Assembly: GCA_963811895.1 (NCBI GenBank)
Contig: CAWETE010000001.1
Coordinates: 76,160 to 140,159 of the forward strand
Reading direction: 5' to 3'
DNA from: an uncultured Solirubrobacteraceae bacterium
GTDB taxonomy: Bacteria > Actinomycetota > Thermoleophilia > Solirubrobacterales > Solirubrobacteraceae
DNA length: 64,000 bases
Shown here: positions 1 through 8,943 of the stretch, in pieces
Layout of the letters: each line of letters opens with the position of its first letter
Numbering within the stretch: position 1 is the stretch's first letter
Notes under the pieces: generated by a model
What the model was told of the DNA's origin: nothing
The model's database searches: none
The model's input: the letters and a program-made list of their open reading frames with translations, nothing else
Translations under genes and position numbers: made by a program

Positions 1-591
1 GGCGGCGCGTCGATCATGAGCCCGGGCGTCGGCACCTGCTCGAACGGCTTCGCGGTCCAGCGCGGAGGCCAGCGCTTCATGACGACGGCGAGCCACTGCT
101 TCGGCGTCGGCCAGCCGGTCTTCACGCCGACCAGCAAGTTCGTGGGTACGGTCGTCCAGCGCGGGCAGCTGGGCTCGCCCTTCCCGTGGGACAACCGCGA
201 CACGGAGCTGATCGGCGGCTCGTCGTACGCCGGGCGCGTCTACGACGGCGGGATCTTCAGCACCACCTCGAAGGGCGTCGTCAGCGCCGCCGACCCGGTC
301 CCCGGCTTCACCGGGTACTGCACCAGCGGTCAGACGTCCGGCGAGCAGTGCGGCATCACGGTCCAGAGCACCGAGGCGATCGCGTGCACGGCGACCGGGT
401 GCAAGTGGCCGGTGATCTCATACACGGGCGGCCCTTCGCGGCCCGGCGACTCGGGCGCGCCGATGTACCTGCCGAGCGGCGCGTCGGCGTTCGCCCGCGG
501 CACGGTGATCGCGGGTGACGGCGTGACGAGCTACGCCGAGAAGTGGAGCCGCATGTCGGCCGGCTTCGGCATCGCGATCGTCACCGGCTGA
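1..591 (+). CDS. S1-family trypsin-like serine protease (streptogrisin / alpha-lytic-protease-like), C-terminal part; 5' end lies outside the window
   Basis: ORF 16..591 is open to the window edge. Motifs: TASHC (catalytic His), GDSGAP (catalytic Ser), paired Cys typical of S1E proteases. Stop TGA 589-591. Confidence 0.8.
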   Translation, partial: GGASIMSPGVGTCSNGFAVQRGGQRFMTTASHCFGVGQPVFTPTSKFVGTVVQRGQLGSPFPWDNRDTELIGGSSYAGRVYDGGIFSTTSKGVVSAADPVPGFTGYCTSGQTSGEQCGITVQSTEAIACTATGCKWPVISYTGGPSRPGDSGAPMYLPSGASAFARGTVIAGDGVTSYAEKWSRMSAGFGIAIVTG

Positions 592-598
592 GCGGTCT

Positions 599-632
599 GC
601 GCGGAGGGGGCGGCTCAGCGCCCCCTCCGCGC
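599..632. terminator. GC-rich hairpin, bidirectional terminator between the convergent protease and MFS genes
   Basis: gcggagggggcg (601-612) pairs with cgccccctccgc (619-630) around a 6-nt loop. Lies directly after the protease stop and before the 3' end of the minus-strand MFS gene. Confidence 0.5.
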
Positions 633-704
633 GTCCGAGGTCGAGGATGTAGTTGGCGATGACTGCGTCAGAGACGAGCCGGAGCCTGCGGGAATCGGCA
701 TGGG

Positions 705-2168
705 TCATGCGGCTTGCTCCTCCAAGGTGAGTCGGGCGGGGGCGCGCTGCGGATCGCGCGGCCGCAGCAGGGCCACGGCGAGGACGATGCCGGCGAGGAT
801 CGCGACGGCACCGGCGACGAAGGCGACGTGGTAGCCGCCGAGCAAGGAGCTCGTGAGCCCGTTGCCGTCGGACAGCAGTCCCTGCGTGTGGTTGGCGGCG
901 ACGGTGCTGAGGACGGCGAGTCCCAGCGCGCCGCTGATCTGCTGGGAGACGTTCGTGATCCCCGAGCCGAGCCCGGCGTCGGCGGCCGGGACGTCGGCCA
1001 TGGCCAGCGTCAGCAGCGGCATGAACGCGTTCCCGATGCCGAGGCCGATCGCGAAGTTGGCGACGAAGATCGTGGGGAAGTAGGCGGTGTCCGGCCCGAC
1101 CGTGGCGAACAGCAGCAGGCCGGCGGCGGCGATCGCCATGCCGGTCGTCAGCACGGGGAGCGGCCCGAAGCGGGTGACGAGCCGCGCCGTGACGCCCTGG
1201 GAGAGCACCGCGACGGTGAGCGTCCACGGCAGGAACGCCGCGCCCGTCTCGAGGGCGCTGAAGTGGCGGACCTGCTCGAGGTAGAGCGTGGCGAGGAAGA
1301 ACGTCGAGTACATCCCCGTCACGAGGAACCCGCGGATGAGGCTCGCGTTGATCAGCCCGCGCACGCGCAGGATGCGCAGCGGCATGATCGGGTTCTCGAT
1401 GCGCGCCTCGAGCGCGATGAACGCGGCCATGAGCACCGCGGCGACCGCGCCCATCCCGAGCACGTGCGCCGACGTCCAGCCGTGGGTGGTGGCCGAGACG
1501 ATCGCGTAGATGGCGCTCATGAGCGACCCGGTGACGAGCAGCGAGCCGAGCCAGTCGACGCCGTGCTGGAGCCCGAGCCCGCGATCGGCGCGGATGAGCG
1601 CGCGGCCGAGCGCGAAGGTGGCGATGCCGATGGGGAGGTTGACGAAGAAGACCCAGTGCCAGCTCAGGGCCTGCGTGAGCAGGCCGCCGGCGAGGAGGCC
1701 CAGCGAGCCGCCCGCGACCGAGACGAACACGTACGCGCCCATGGCGCGGGCGCGCTCGGCCGCGCCGGGGAACTCGGTGACGATGATCGCCAGGATCACG
1801 GACGCCTGGGCGGCGGCGCCGACGCCCTGGAGCAGCCGGGCGCCGATCAGCTCCGCCTGGGTCGAGGCGACGCCGCAGAGCAGCGACGCGACCGTGAAGA
1901 CGACGAGGCCGGAGAGGAAGACGCGCCGCCGGCCGAGCAGGTCACCGAGACGGCCGGCCAGGAGCAGCAGGCTGCCGAAGGTGACCAGGAACCCGTTGAC
2001 GACCCAGGTCAGATTCGCCTGGCTGAAGCCGAGGTCGTGCTGGATGGCGGGGAGCGCGACGTTCACGATCGTGACGTCGAGGACGATCATGAGCTGCGCG
2101 AAGCAGACGATGATCAGCGTTGCCCATCGACGGCGATCGTCAGAGGAGGTAATATAAGCGGAGGCCAC
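705..2168 (-). CDS. MFS transporter, DHA2 (EmrB/QacA-like) drug:H+ antiporter family, 14-TMS type
   Basis: 487 aa, hydrophobic throughout. N-terminal MFS signatures (LIIVCFAQLMIVLDVTIVNVALP, GRLGDLLGRRR). GTG start at 2168 preceded by tggag. Divergent to a TetR gene with a 30-bp spacer. Confidence 0.85.
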   Translation of the reverse strand: MASAYITSSDDRRRWATLIIVCFAQLMIVLDVTIVNVALPAIQHDLGFSQANLTWVVNGFLVTFGSLLLLAGRLGDLLGRRRVFLSGLVVFTVASLLCGVASTQAELIGARLLQGVGAAAQASVILAIIVTEFPGAAERARAMGAYVFVSVAGGSLGLLAGGLLTQALSWHWVFFVNLPIGIATFALGRALIRADRGLGLQHGVDWLGSLLVTGSLMSAIYAIVSATTHGWTSAHVLGMGAVAAVLMAAFIALEARIENPIMPLRILRVRGLINASLIRGFLVTGMYSTFFLATLYLEQVRHFSALETGAAFLPWTLTVAVLSQGVTARLVTRFGPLPVLTTGMAIAAAGLLLFATVGPDTAYFPTIFVANFAIGLGIGNAFMPLLTLAMADVPAADAGLGSGITNVSQQISGALGLAVLSTVAANHTQGLLSDGNGLTSSLLGGYHVAFVAGAVAILAGIVLAVALLRPRDPQRAPARLTLEEQAA

Positions 2169-2180
2169 CTCCAGAACTAT

Positions 2181-2197
2181 ACGGAGGCACCCTCCGT
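2181..2197. promoter_or_regulatory. 17-bp perfect palindrome ACGGAGG-CAC-CCTCCGT in the TetR/MFS intergenic spacer; candidate TetR operator
   Basis: 7-bp inverted arms with a 3-nt centre. The spacer is only 30 bp (2169-2198). The palindrome overlaps the putative RBS (ggagg) of the TetR gene. Confidence 0.45.
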
Positions 2198-2198
2198 T

Positions 2199-2786
2199 TT
2201 GTCAAGCGATCTTTCTACCGAAGCCCTCATCGCGCGCCCCAAGCGCGCGGATGCGCGCCGCAACTACGAGAAGGTGCTGGCCGCCGCGCGCGAGGCGTTC
2301 GCGGAGGGCGGCGAGTCGACCTCGCTCGAGGCGATCGCGCGCCGCGCGGGGGTCGGGATCGGCACGCTGTATCGCCACTTCCCGAATCGCCAGGCGCTGC
2401 TCGAGGCCCTCTACGTCGACGAGGTCGAGGAGCTCTGCCGCTCGGCCGCCGAGCTCGACGACGCCGACCCGTGGGAGGCGCTGAGCGGCTGGTTCGAGCG
2501 CTTCATCGGCTACATCGCCACCAAGCAGGCGCTCGCGGGCGAGCTGATGAACTACCTCGACCGCGATGCGCAGCTCTTCAAGGCCAGCCGCGCTTCGCTG
2601 TTCGAGGCCGGCGAGCCGCTGCTCGAGCGCGCCCAGAAGGCGGGCGTCGTGCGCCCGGACGTCGGCTTCGCCGACGTGCTCCAGATGGTCATGGGGATCG
2701 CCAAGATCCCCGCGGCCGACCCGGCGCAGAACCTGCACATGCTCCGGATCGCGCTCGACGGCCTGCGCTACCGCGCCGGGTCGTAG
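2199..2786 (+). CDS. TetR/AcrR-family transcriptional regulator, likely repressor of the divergent MFS pump
   Basis: TTG start at 2199 with ggagg 12 nt upstream. N-terminal HTH (RNYEKVLAAAREAFAEGGESTSLEAIARRAGVGIGTLYRHFPNRQAL) and a typical TetR C-terminal ligand domain. ~195 aa. Confidence 0.85.
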   Translation: MSSDLSTEALIARPKRADARRNYEKVLAAAREAFAEGGESTSLEAIARRAGVGIGTLYRHFPNRQALLEALYVDEVEELCRSAAELDDADPWEALSGWFERFIGYIATKQALAGELMNYLDRDAQLFKASRASLFEAGEPLLERAQKAGVVRPDVGFADVLQMVMGIAKIPAADPAQNLHMLRIALDGLRYRAGS

Positions 2787-2791
2787 CAGCG

Positions 2792-2819
2792 CGAGGGGCG
2801 GCCTTTCGGCCGCCCCTCG
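2792..2819. terminator. Hairpin terminator (12-bp GC stem, loop tttc) between convergent TetR and M28 genes
   Basis: cgaggggcggcc tttc ggccgcccctcg, 6 nt after the TetR stop. Confidence 0.55.
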
Positions 2820-2845
2820 GAGGTACGTCGGTGGTGTGCTTCGGG

Positions 2846-4495
2846 CTAGCGGACGACCCGGTCGCCGAGGTACGCGCCGAGCGCGGCCTTGCGGGCCTTG
2901 CTCAGCCGCTTGGCCTTACGGGCCTTCTTCGCGGACTTCTTCGCCGTGGTGGCGCCGCCGGCGAGCGTCTCGCGGAGGTTGCGATCCTCGGCCAGCGTCG
3001 CCAGCACGTGCGCGCCGCCGTCGGCCAACTGCTCCCAACCCTTGAGGTCGAGGTTGTCGATGTCGTCACCGGCCTGGTGGTAGTTCGGGTCGAACGCCAT
3101 ACCGGCCGTCCCGCCCCACTTGAGGGCCTGCGCCGGGGACTTCGCGACCTCCGCGCCGGAGAACAGGCCGCCCGCGGCGATCCCGTTGTCCTGGAACGGC
3201 TTGTAGTCGCTACGCCCGTCGAATGCGCTCGGGTCCGGGGAGATGCCCACGGAGCTGAAGTACTTCAGGAACACGGACTCGATGTACGCGGCGCCCGGGT
3301 TCACGGCCGGCGCCGTGGCCGGCGGGGGCGTGTCCGAGAAGTTGCCGTCGTAGACGAACTTCCCGTGGTTGGGCGAGGCCAGCATGTCGAAGTTGAGGTT
3401 GGCCGCGATCTTCGCGAACTCCTCATCCGAGATCGCCGCGACGTAGCGGGTCGCGCCCACCAGGCCGGACTCCTCGGCGCCCCACCACGCGAACCGCACG
3501 CGGTTCTCGGTGCGGATCCGCTCCTTGGCCATCCGGATCGCGAGCTCGAGGTTGAACGCCGAGCCGGAGCCGTTGTCGTTGATGCCCGGGCCCTCGACCA
3601 CGGAGTCGAGGTGCGAGCCGACGATCGTCACGTTGTCCGGGTCGCCCGAGCGGGTGTCGGCCAGGATGTTGGTCGACTTGCGCTGGTCGCTCTTGGCCTC
3701 GACGACGATCTGGCCCGTCGTGGGATCGGCCTCGCCGTTGAGCCGGTCGCCCTCGGCGTAGGAGATGCCGACGGCCGGGATCTCGACGTCGGGCGGCGTG
3801 GGCTGGCCATCCTGCGCCGTCTCGCCCAGCGTTCCGGCGACCACGCCCTCGTTGCCGGGCGTGCCCGAGTTGAAGATGATCGCGCCGACCGCGCCGGCGG
3901 CCTGTGCGTTGGTCACCTTCTGCGCGAACGGGCAACTGCCGCGCTGCATCAGGGCGATGTTGCCGGCCGGGAAGGCGGCGAAGTCGGCGGCCTCGCAGCC
4001 GGACGTCGACACGCGCTGCGCCGGGGTCGGGCTGAGATTGAGGTCGACCGCCGTGATCGTCGCCACGCCGGTGTCGCCGCTGGCCGAGTAGTTCATGGTG
4101 AGGAACTCGGTCTCGTGCGTGTAGTTCTTCGCGGTCGGCGAGACCTCGCGGAGCACGGGATCCGCCGTCTCCTCGAAGGTGACGAAGTCGAAGACCTGCG
4201 TCGTCGGGCGGTAGCCCGCGTCACGCAGCTTGGTGAGGACGTACTGCACGGACGCGCCGTAGCCCTGGAAGCCCGAGGCGCGGTTGCCGCCGTTCTCGTC
4301 GGCGATCATCTGGAACGCCTCGGCGTGCTTGAGCATGCGCCGCGAGGTGATCTCCTTGCGCAGCTCCTTCGAGGTCTTCGCGGCCTCGCTGGAGCCGTGA
4401 TGATGGTGGTGCTTCGACGGGTGCGCGGTCGCGGCGACCGGCGCACCGAGTGCGAAGATCGCGCCGGCCAGCGCGGCGCGCATGCGTACTGACAT
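2846..4495 (-). CDS. Secreted M28-family aminopeptidase with a PA (protease-associated) domain, S. griseus aminopeptidase-like
   Basis: 549 aa. Signal peptide MSVRMRAALAGAIFALGAPVAATA. Zn-ligand context (GSHLDSV, NDNGSGSA, WWGAEESGLVGA) typical of M28. Lys-rich C-terminal tail. ATG at 4495. Confidence 0.85.
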   Translation of the reverse strand: MSVRMRAALAGAIFALGAPVAATAHPSKHHHHHGSSEAAKTSKELRKEITSRRMLKHAEAFQMIADENGGNRASGFQGYGASVQYVLTKLRDAGYRPTTQVFDFVTFEETADPVLREVSPTAKNYTHETEFLTMNYSASGDTGVATITAVDLNLSPTPAQRVSTSGCEAADFAAFPAGNIALMQRGSCPFAQKVTNAQAAGAVGAIIFNSGTPGNEGVVAGTLGETAQDGQPTPPDVEIPAVGISYAEGDRLNGEADPTTGQIVVEAKSDQRKSTNILADTRSGDPDNVTIVGSHLDSVVEGPGINDNGSGSAFNLELAIRMAKERIRTENRVRFAWWGAEESGLVGATRYVAAISDEEFAKIAANLNFDMLASPNHGKFVYDGNFSDTPPPATAPAVNPGAAYIESVFLKYFSSVGISPDPSAFDGRSDYKPFQDNGIAAGGLFSGAEVAKSPAQALKWGGTAGMAFDPNYHQAGDDIDNLDLKGWEQLADGGAHVLATLAEDRNLRETLAGGATTAKKSAKKARKAKRLSKARKAALGAYLGDRVVR

Positions 4496-4517
4496 GTGAG
4501 GTCTTCCCCTCCCCAGG

Positions 4518-6450
4518 GTGGACGTTGTGCACGGCCCCTGCGCCCGGCGCGAACTCGTCAGCGCCGGTCTTGAGCCGATGCGGTTGGCGCGGATCGTAGC
4601 GGGCGCCCGGAGCGTCGCGCCGCAGTCAGAAGCTTGTCAGTGCATCAGGCACGCCCTCGCGACGGCTGAAGCGATGGCGCTGACGCCCGGGTTCTGGGAG
4701 GCTGGACGCGGCATCGCCATGCCGCCATCGCAGCCCATTCGCAGCGTCGCGATCGGCCGCAGCGTCATCACGGTCGGAGTGCCCGGCGGAACGCTGATCA
4801 CGGCCGGCACGCGGCTGTCCGCGGACGCCGAGACCGCGGATCCGCTCGAGCTCGCGGCGGCGCTGGCCGAGGAGGAGCCGCGCGAGACGATCGGCGAGCT
4901 CACGGAGCGCTCCGTAATGACCGCCTCCGAGGCCACGGACCGCGTGGAGCAGGCCGCGGAGCTGCTGCGGGACGCGCTCGCGGGTGAGCTCGTGGACCTC
5001 GCCCGCGCAGGCCAGGTCCTCGACGTCCTGCAGCGACTGGACGAGGACGGGCGCTACGAGGAATGGCTCCACTACGCGCGCTCGGTCCACGGCGTGCTCG
5101 TGCTCCTCAAGCGCTGGATGGAGCTCCTGAGGCTGCTGCGGACGCTCCTGCGCAGCGGCGCCGAGGTCCACGAGGCCGGCCGCGCGTGGGTCCAGCACGA
5201 GCTCGGCACCCTGCAGCTCGCCGCCGGCGACTCCAAGGAGGCGGCGAGGCTGCTGGAGCAGGCGCGGAGCACCAGGCAGCGCCTCCAGGACGGCGACGGG
5301 CTCGCCGCGACCGAGCAGAGCCTCGGCGTCCTCTGCCGCCAGCAGGCGCAGACCGGGTTCCTCGAGCGCAACCGCGGCCGGCTCGCCGTCGTGGCGGCCC
5401 TCGCCTTGCTGCTGCTCGCCGCGGGCGGGGTGGCCGGCGCGGTCTTCAACCCGTTCGGGTCGGATCCCGAGCCGCTCACCGTGGCGGTCCAGGGAGCCGG
5501 CGTGGTCACGGCCGCGGCGGCCGCCATCAGCTGCCCGGACCGCTGCGACGCCGAGCTCGACCACGGCTCCCAGGTGACGCTCACGGCCTCCGCCCGCCGC
5601 GGCTCGACCTTCGAGGGCTGGAGCGGAGACTGCGGCGGCGCGCAGCGCTGCCGCCTGAGCATGGACGGCCCGCGCACCGCCACGGCGCGCTTCGTCCGCA
5701 CGGCCGAGGCGCGGGCGGTCACCGTGCGCAAGGACGGCGACGGCGGCGGCCGCGTGACGAGCCCGTCCGGGATCGACTGCGGCGGCGCCTGCCGCACCAG
5801 CGTCGAGCGCGGGACCCAGGTGCGGCTGGACGCCATCGCCGACGAGGGCTCGACCTTCGAGGGCTGGACCGGCGCCGGCTGCGGGCAGGCCTCGCCGTGC
5901 CGGTTCACCGCGCAGGACGCGGTCACGGTCACGGCGCTGTTCACCGCGGAGCCCATCCCGGCCGGCGAGTTCCCGCTCACGGTGAGACGGAGCGGAGACG
6001 GCACCGTGACCAGCGAGCCGCCCGGCATCGACTGCGGAGACGACTGCGACGATTCGTTCGACGCGGACAGCGTGGTCGAGCTGTTCCAGGTGGCGGGCGA
6101 GGGTTGGGACTTCGCCGGCTGGGCCGGGGCCGGCTGCTCGGGCACGGACACCTGCCGCGTGCCGATGACGAAGGCGCGGGCGGTGAAGGCCGGCTTCGTT
6201 CCCGAGCAGCCCGTCCGGTTCACCCTGACCACGTCGACGACAGGCGCCGGCGAGCTCAGCCCGCCCTGCACCTCGGGCTGCGACTTCGACGCAGGCACCG
6301 CAGGTCCCGCTCACGGCCACGCCGGCCGGCGAGAACAACAGCGTGGCCTGGACGGGCTGCACGCCGGCGGTGCCCGGCGCCACCAGCTGCGAGGTCACGA
6401 TGTCCGAGAACCGCCAGGTCTCGGCGCGCTTCTTCTTCGCCGAGCCCTGA
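4518..6450 (+). CDS. Membrane-anchored protein with about six tandem divergent InlB B-repeat-like (Listeria-Bacteroides type) Cys-containing repeats; last repeat reached only after a +/-1 frame change near 6297
   Basis: Repeats of consensus G(D)G.VTS.P.GIDCG..C........V.L.A.A..GS.F.GW.G.GC.G...C between ~5460 and 6450. One predicted TM helix (AVVAALALLLLAAGGVAGAVF). Frame of ORF 4518..6476 loses the repeat pattern at ~6297. The shifted frame reads ...VPLTATPAGENNSVAWTGCTPAVPGATSCEVTMSENRQVSARFFFAEP* ending at 6450. Start position is uncertain (GTG 4518 or ATG 4674). Confidence 0.6.
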
Positions 6451-6498
6451 AACTCCTCAAATCCACTCAGCTTTGACCGAGTTTGTACGCTCTCTGCC

Positions 6499-6780
6499 AT
6501 GACGTACGTGATCGTGGGGAGCTGCGTGAAGGACGACTCGTGCATCGAGGTCTGTCCCGTCGACTGCATCCACCCCAAGCCCGGCGACCCCGACTTCGAG
6601 ACGGCCGAGCAGCTCTACATCGACCCTGCGCTGTGCATCGACTGCGACGCCTGCGTCGAGGCCTGCCCGGTCGACGCGATCTACGCCGAGGCCGAGACGC
6701 CGGAGCGGTTCGCGTACGCGAAGGACCTCAACGAGGAGTTCTTCGCCGAGCGCAGCACGATCGAGCGGACGGCCGCGTGA
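6499..6780 (+). CDS. Ferredoxin (2x[Fe-S], FdxA-like 7Fe type)
   Basis: 93 aa starting MTYVIVGSCV... with CIDCDACVEACP (CxxCxxCxxxCP) plus a second Cys cluster C9/C15/C19/C23. Its stop overlaps the next gene's GTG start (GTGA). Confidence 0.85.
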   Translation: MTYVIVGSCVKDDSCIEVCPVDCIHPKPGDPDFETAEQLYIDPALCIDCDACVEACPVDAIYAEAETPERFAYAKDLNEEFFAERSTIERTAA

Positions 6781-8111
6781 GGCCGCGGATCGCGATCGTC
6801 GGCGCAGGGCCCGCGGGCGCGTTCGCGGCCGCGGCGGTGCTGCGACAGGTCGGGAACGCGGAGATCGACCTGTTCGAGCGGCTGCCGACGCCGTGGGGGC
6901 TGCTGCGCGGGGGCGTGGCGCCCGACCACCAGGAGATCAAGCGCCTGCAGGACACCTTCGACCGCCAGACGCTCAGGCGCGGCTGCCGCTTCCTCGGCAA
7001 CGTCGAGGTCGGCCGGGACGTCACGCACGAGGAGCTGGCCCGCCACTACACGGCCGTGGTCTACGCGACCGGCGCGCAGACCGACAAGTCGCTCGGGATC
7101 CCGGGCGAGGATCTGCCCGGCAGCTGGGCGGCCACCGAGTTCGTCGCCTGGTACAACGGCCACCCCGACTTCCGCGACCTCGAGTTCGACCTCACGCACG
7201 AGCGCGCGGTGGTCATCGGCAACGGCAACGTGGCCGCCGACGTCACCCGCCTGCTCACGCGAAGCCCGGACGAGCTCGCCCGCACCGACGTCGCCGACCA
7301 CGCGCTCGAAGCGCTGCGACGCAGCGCGATCCGCGAGGTCGTCGTGCTCGGCCGGCGCGGCCCGGCCCAGGCGGCGTTCACCAGCGCCGAGCTGCGCGAG
7401 CTGGGTCACATGGAGGGTGTCGACCTGCGGGTGGATCCGGCGGAGGTCGAGCTCGATCCCCTCTCGGCCGAGTGGCTGGCGGACCAGGGCACCTTCACGG
7501 CCCGCAAGAACGTGCAGCTGCTGCGCGAGTTCGCCGAACGGCCGCCCCGGATCGACGCTCCGAGGCGCATCGCGTTGCGCTTCCTCGTGTCGCCCGTCGA
7601 GATCACGCCCGAGGCGGTCGTGGTGCGCCGCAACGAGATCGTCAAGGACGACCGCGGCCTGCTGCGCGCACGCGTCACCGACGCGCCCGCCGAGACCATC
7701 GAGGCCGGTCTCGTGCTGCGCTCGGTCGGCTACCAGGCCGTGCCGCTGCCCGGCGTCCCGTTCGACGAGCGCGCCTTCGTGCTGCCCAACGAGAGCGGCC
7801 GGGTGCTCGACGCGCCCGGCGTCTACACCGTCGGCTGGATCAAGCGCGGGCCGACCGGCATCCTCGGCACCAACAAGCGAGACGCCGAGGAGACGATCGC
7901 CTGCCTCGCGGAGGACCTGCGCGGCGGCGTCCTGCGCGAGCCGGAGGCGAGCGAGCCGATCGACGGCCTGCTCGCGGAGCGGAAGGTCGGTGTGGTCACC
8001 GTGGAGGGCTGGCGCGCGATCGACGGGCGCGAGCTGGAGGCGGGCCGCGGCGCGAACCGCCCCAGGGTCAAGCTGGCTTCGCGCGACGAGCTGCTGGCCG
8101 CGGCGGGCTAG
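6777..8111 (+). CDS. fprA: NADPH:ferredoxin (adrenodoxin-type) reductase FprA
   Basis: GTG at 6777 overlaps the ferredoxin stop. Begins MRPRIAIVGAGPAGAFAAAAVL (FAD Rossmann fold). A second NADP-binding GxGxxA motif (AVVIGNGNVAADV) follows. ~444 aa, adrenodoxin-reductase-like architecture. Confidence 0.8.
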   Translation: MRPRIAIVGAGPAGAFAAAAVLRQVGNAEIDLFERLPTPWGLLRGGVAPDHQEIKRLQDTFDRQTLRRGCRFLGNVEVGRDVTHEELARHYTAVVYATGAQTDKSLGIPGEDLPGSWAATEFVAWYNGHPDFRDLEFDLTHERAVVIGNGNVAADVTRLLTRSPDELARTDVADHALEALRRSAIREVVVLGRRGPAQAAFTSAELRELGHMEGVDLRVDPAEVELDPLSAEWLADQGTFTARKNVQLLREFAERPPRIDAPRRIALRFLVSPVEITPEAVVVRRNEIVKDDRGLLRARVTDAPAETIEAGLVLRSVGYQAVPLPGVPFDERAFVLPNESGRVLDAPGVYTVGWIKRGPTGILGTNKRDAEETIACLAEDLRGGVLREPEASEPIDGLLAERKVGVVTVEGWRAIDGRELEAGRGANRPRVKLASRDELLAAAG

Positions 8112-8894
8112 CGGCCCCAGCGGCCGCGATGGCGGCCGTCGCCGCGCTCGCCGTCCCAGTCGCCGCGATCGCGGTCGCCGCGGCCGTCGAAGTCGTCCTG
8201 GTCGGCGGCGGCGGGAGCCGGCGTCGGGGCGGGAGTCGCGGCGGGAGTCGGGGTCGGCTGCGGGACAGCGCTGCGCCGACGCTGGCTCACCTGACGCCAC
8301 GAGTGACGGCTGTTGTCCGAGTCGGACCGGCGCCAGCTGCGGCGGTCGTCGTCATCGTCGTCCTGCCACGAGGGCGAGGACGTCTCGGTCGTCACCTCGG
8401 TGGTCTGCCGGCTCGAGGTCGTCTCCGTCTGCGTGGTGGTGACGGTCGTCGCCTCGCCGGCGGTGGTCGAGACGGGCACGGCGGTGGCCACCGGCGCGGG
8501 GGTCGCGGTCGGCGTGACGACGGGGGCGGGGGTGGCCTGGACCGGCGTGGTGGCGGCGTGCCGGCGGCCGCGCGCGGCGCGGCGCGGGCTGAGCGGGGCG
8601 GGACCGGCGTCGGCGCGGCGCTGCGGAGCGGCGACCGGCCGGGCGGGGGGCGGGCACGCGGGCGCGCGCCGGGCGCGCGTCCTCGCTGCGGTCAGAGGGG
8701 GAGGCGAGCGTCACGGCGCCGTGGGTCACGCTCGCGACCTGGTCGCGCGGCGACCAGACGCCGGTGATCAGGCCGCTGGACAGCCAGCCGAGGACGAGGA
8801 TGGCGACGGCGAGCGTCGCGGCGGTGATGATGGCGGCGGAGAGGTCTCGGGGCAGCGTGAAGCGGCCGCGATCGAGAGACGGAGTCGAACGCAT
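8108..8894 (-). CDS. Hypothetical membrane-anchored protein with Pro/Thr/Ala-rich and acidic low-complexity tail; reading frame ambiguous, likely frameshifted
   Basis: ORF 8352..8894 encodes an N-terminal TM helix (AAIITAATLAVAILVLGWLSSGLITGV) but turns Arg-rich downstream. The overlapping ORF 8108..8491 encodes a PT/TT-rich linker and a DDDDDD/RD-rich tail. The two frames overlap at a G-run (8641-8654), a plausible indel site. Confidence 0.3.
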
Positions 8895-8943
8895 CTACCT
8901 AGAGATTCGGCGGCGGCGCCCGAGACTTGAGCTGTGAGGTCCG

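Noticed and set aside
714-2786. Very long ORFs antisense to real genes: 714..2786 +, 2471..4492 +, 4626..6578 -, 12337..14478 +, 16827..18659 -, 19766..23467 +, 48012..50294 +.
   Set aside because: All are Arg/Gly/Asp-rich low-complexity translations typical of the wrong strand or frame in 72%-GC DNA. The opposite strand or frame encodes clearly homologous proteins in each case. The only real piece of 714..2786 is its last 195 codons, the TetR gene.
4425-4445. KHHHHHGSS run right after the signal peptide of the M28 aminopeptidase, resembling an engineered His-tag.
   Set aside because: It sits inside a native high-GC gene, uses mixed cac/cat codons, comes after a native signal peptide, and has no linker or protease site. 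It is most likely a natural His-rich metal-binding stretch.
8313-8930. Val/Thr/Gly-rich plus-strand ORF (8313..8930) that could look like a surface repeat protein.
   Set aside because: It is the reverse complement of the PT/acidic low-complexity region of the minus-strand gene and has no start context. It is an antisense artefact.
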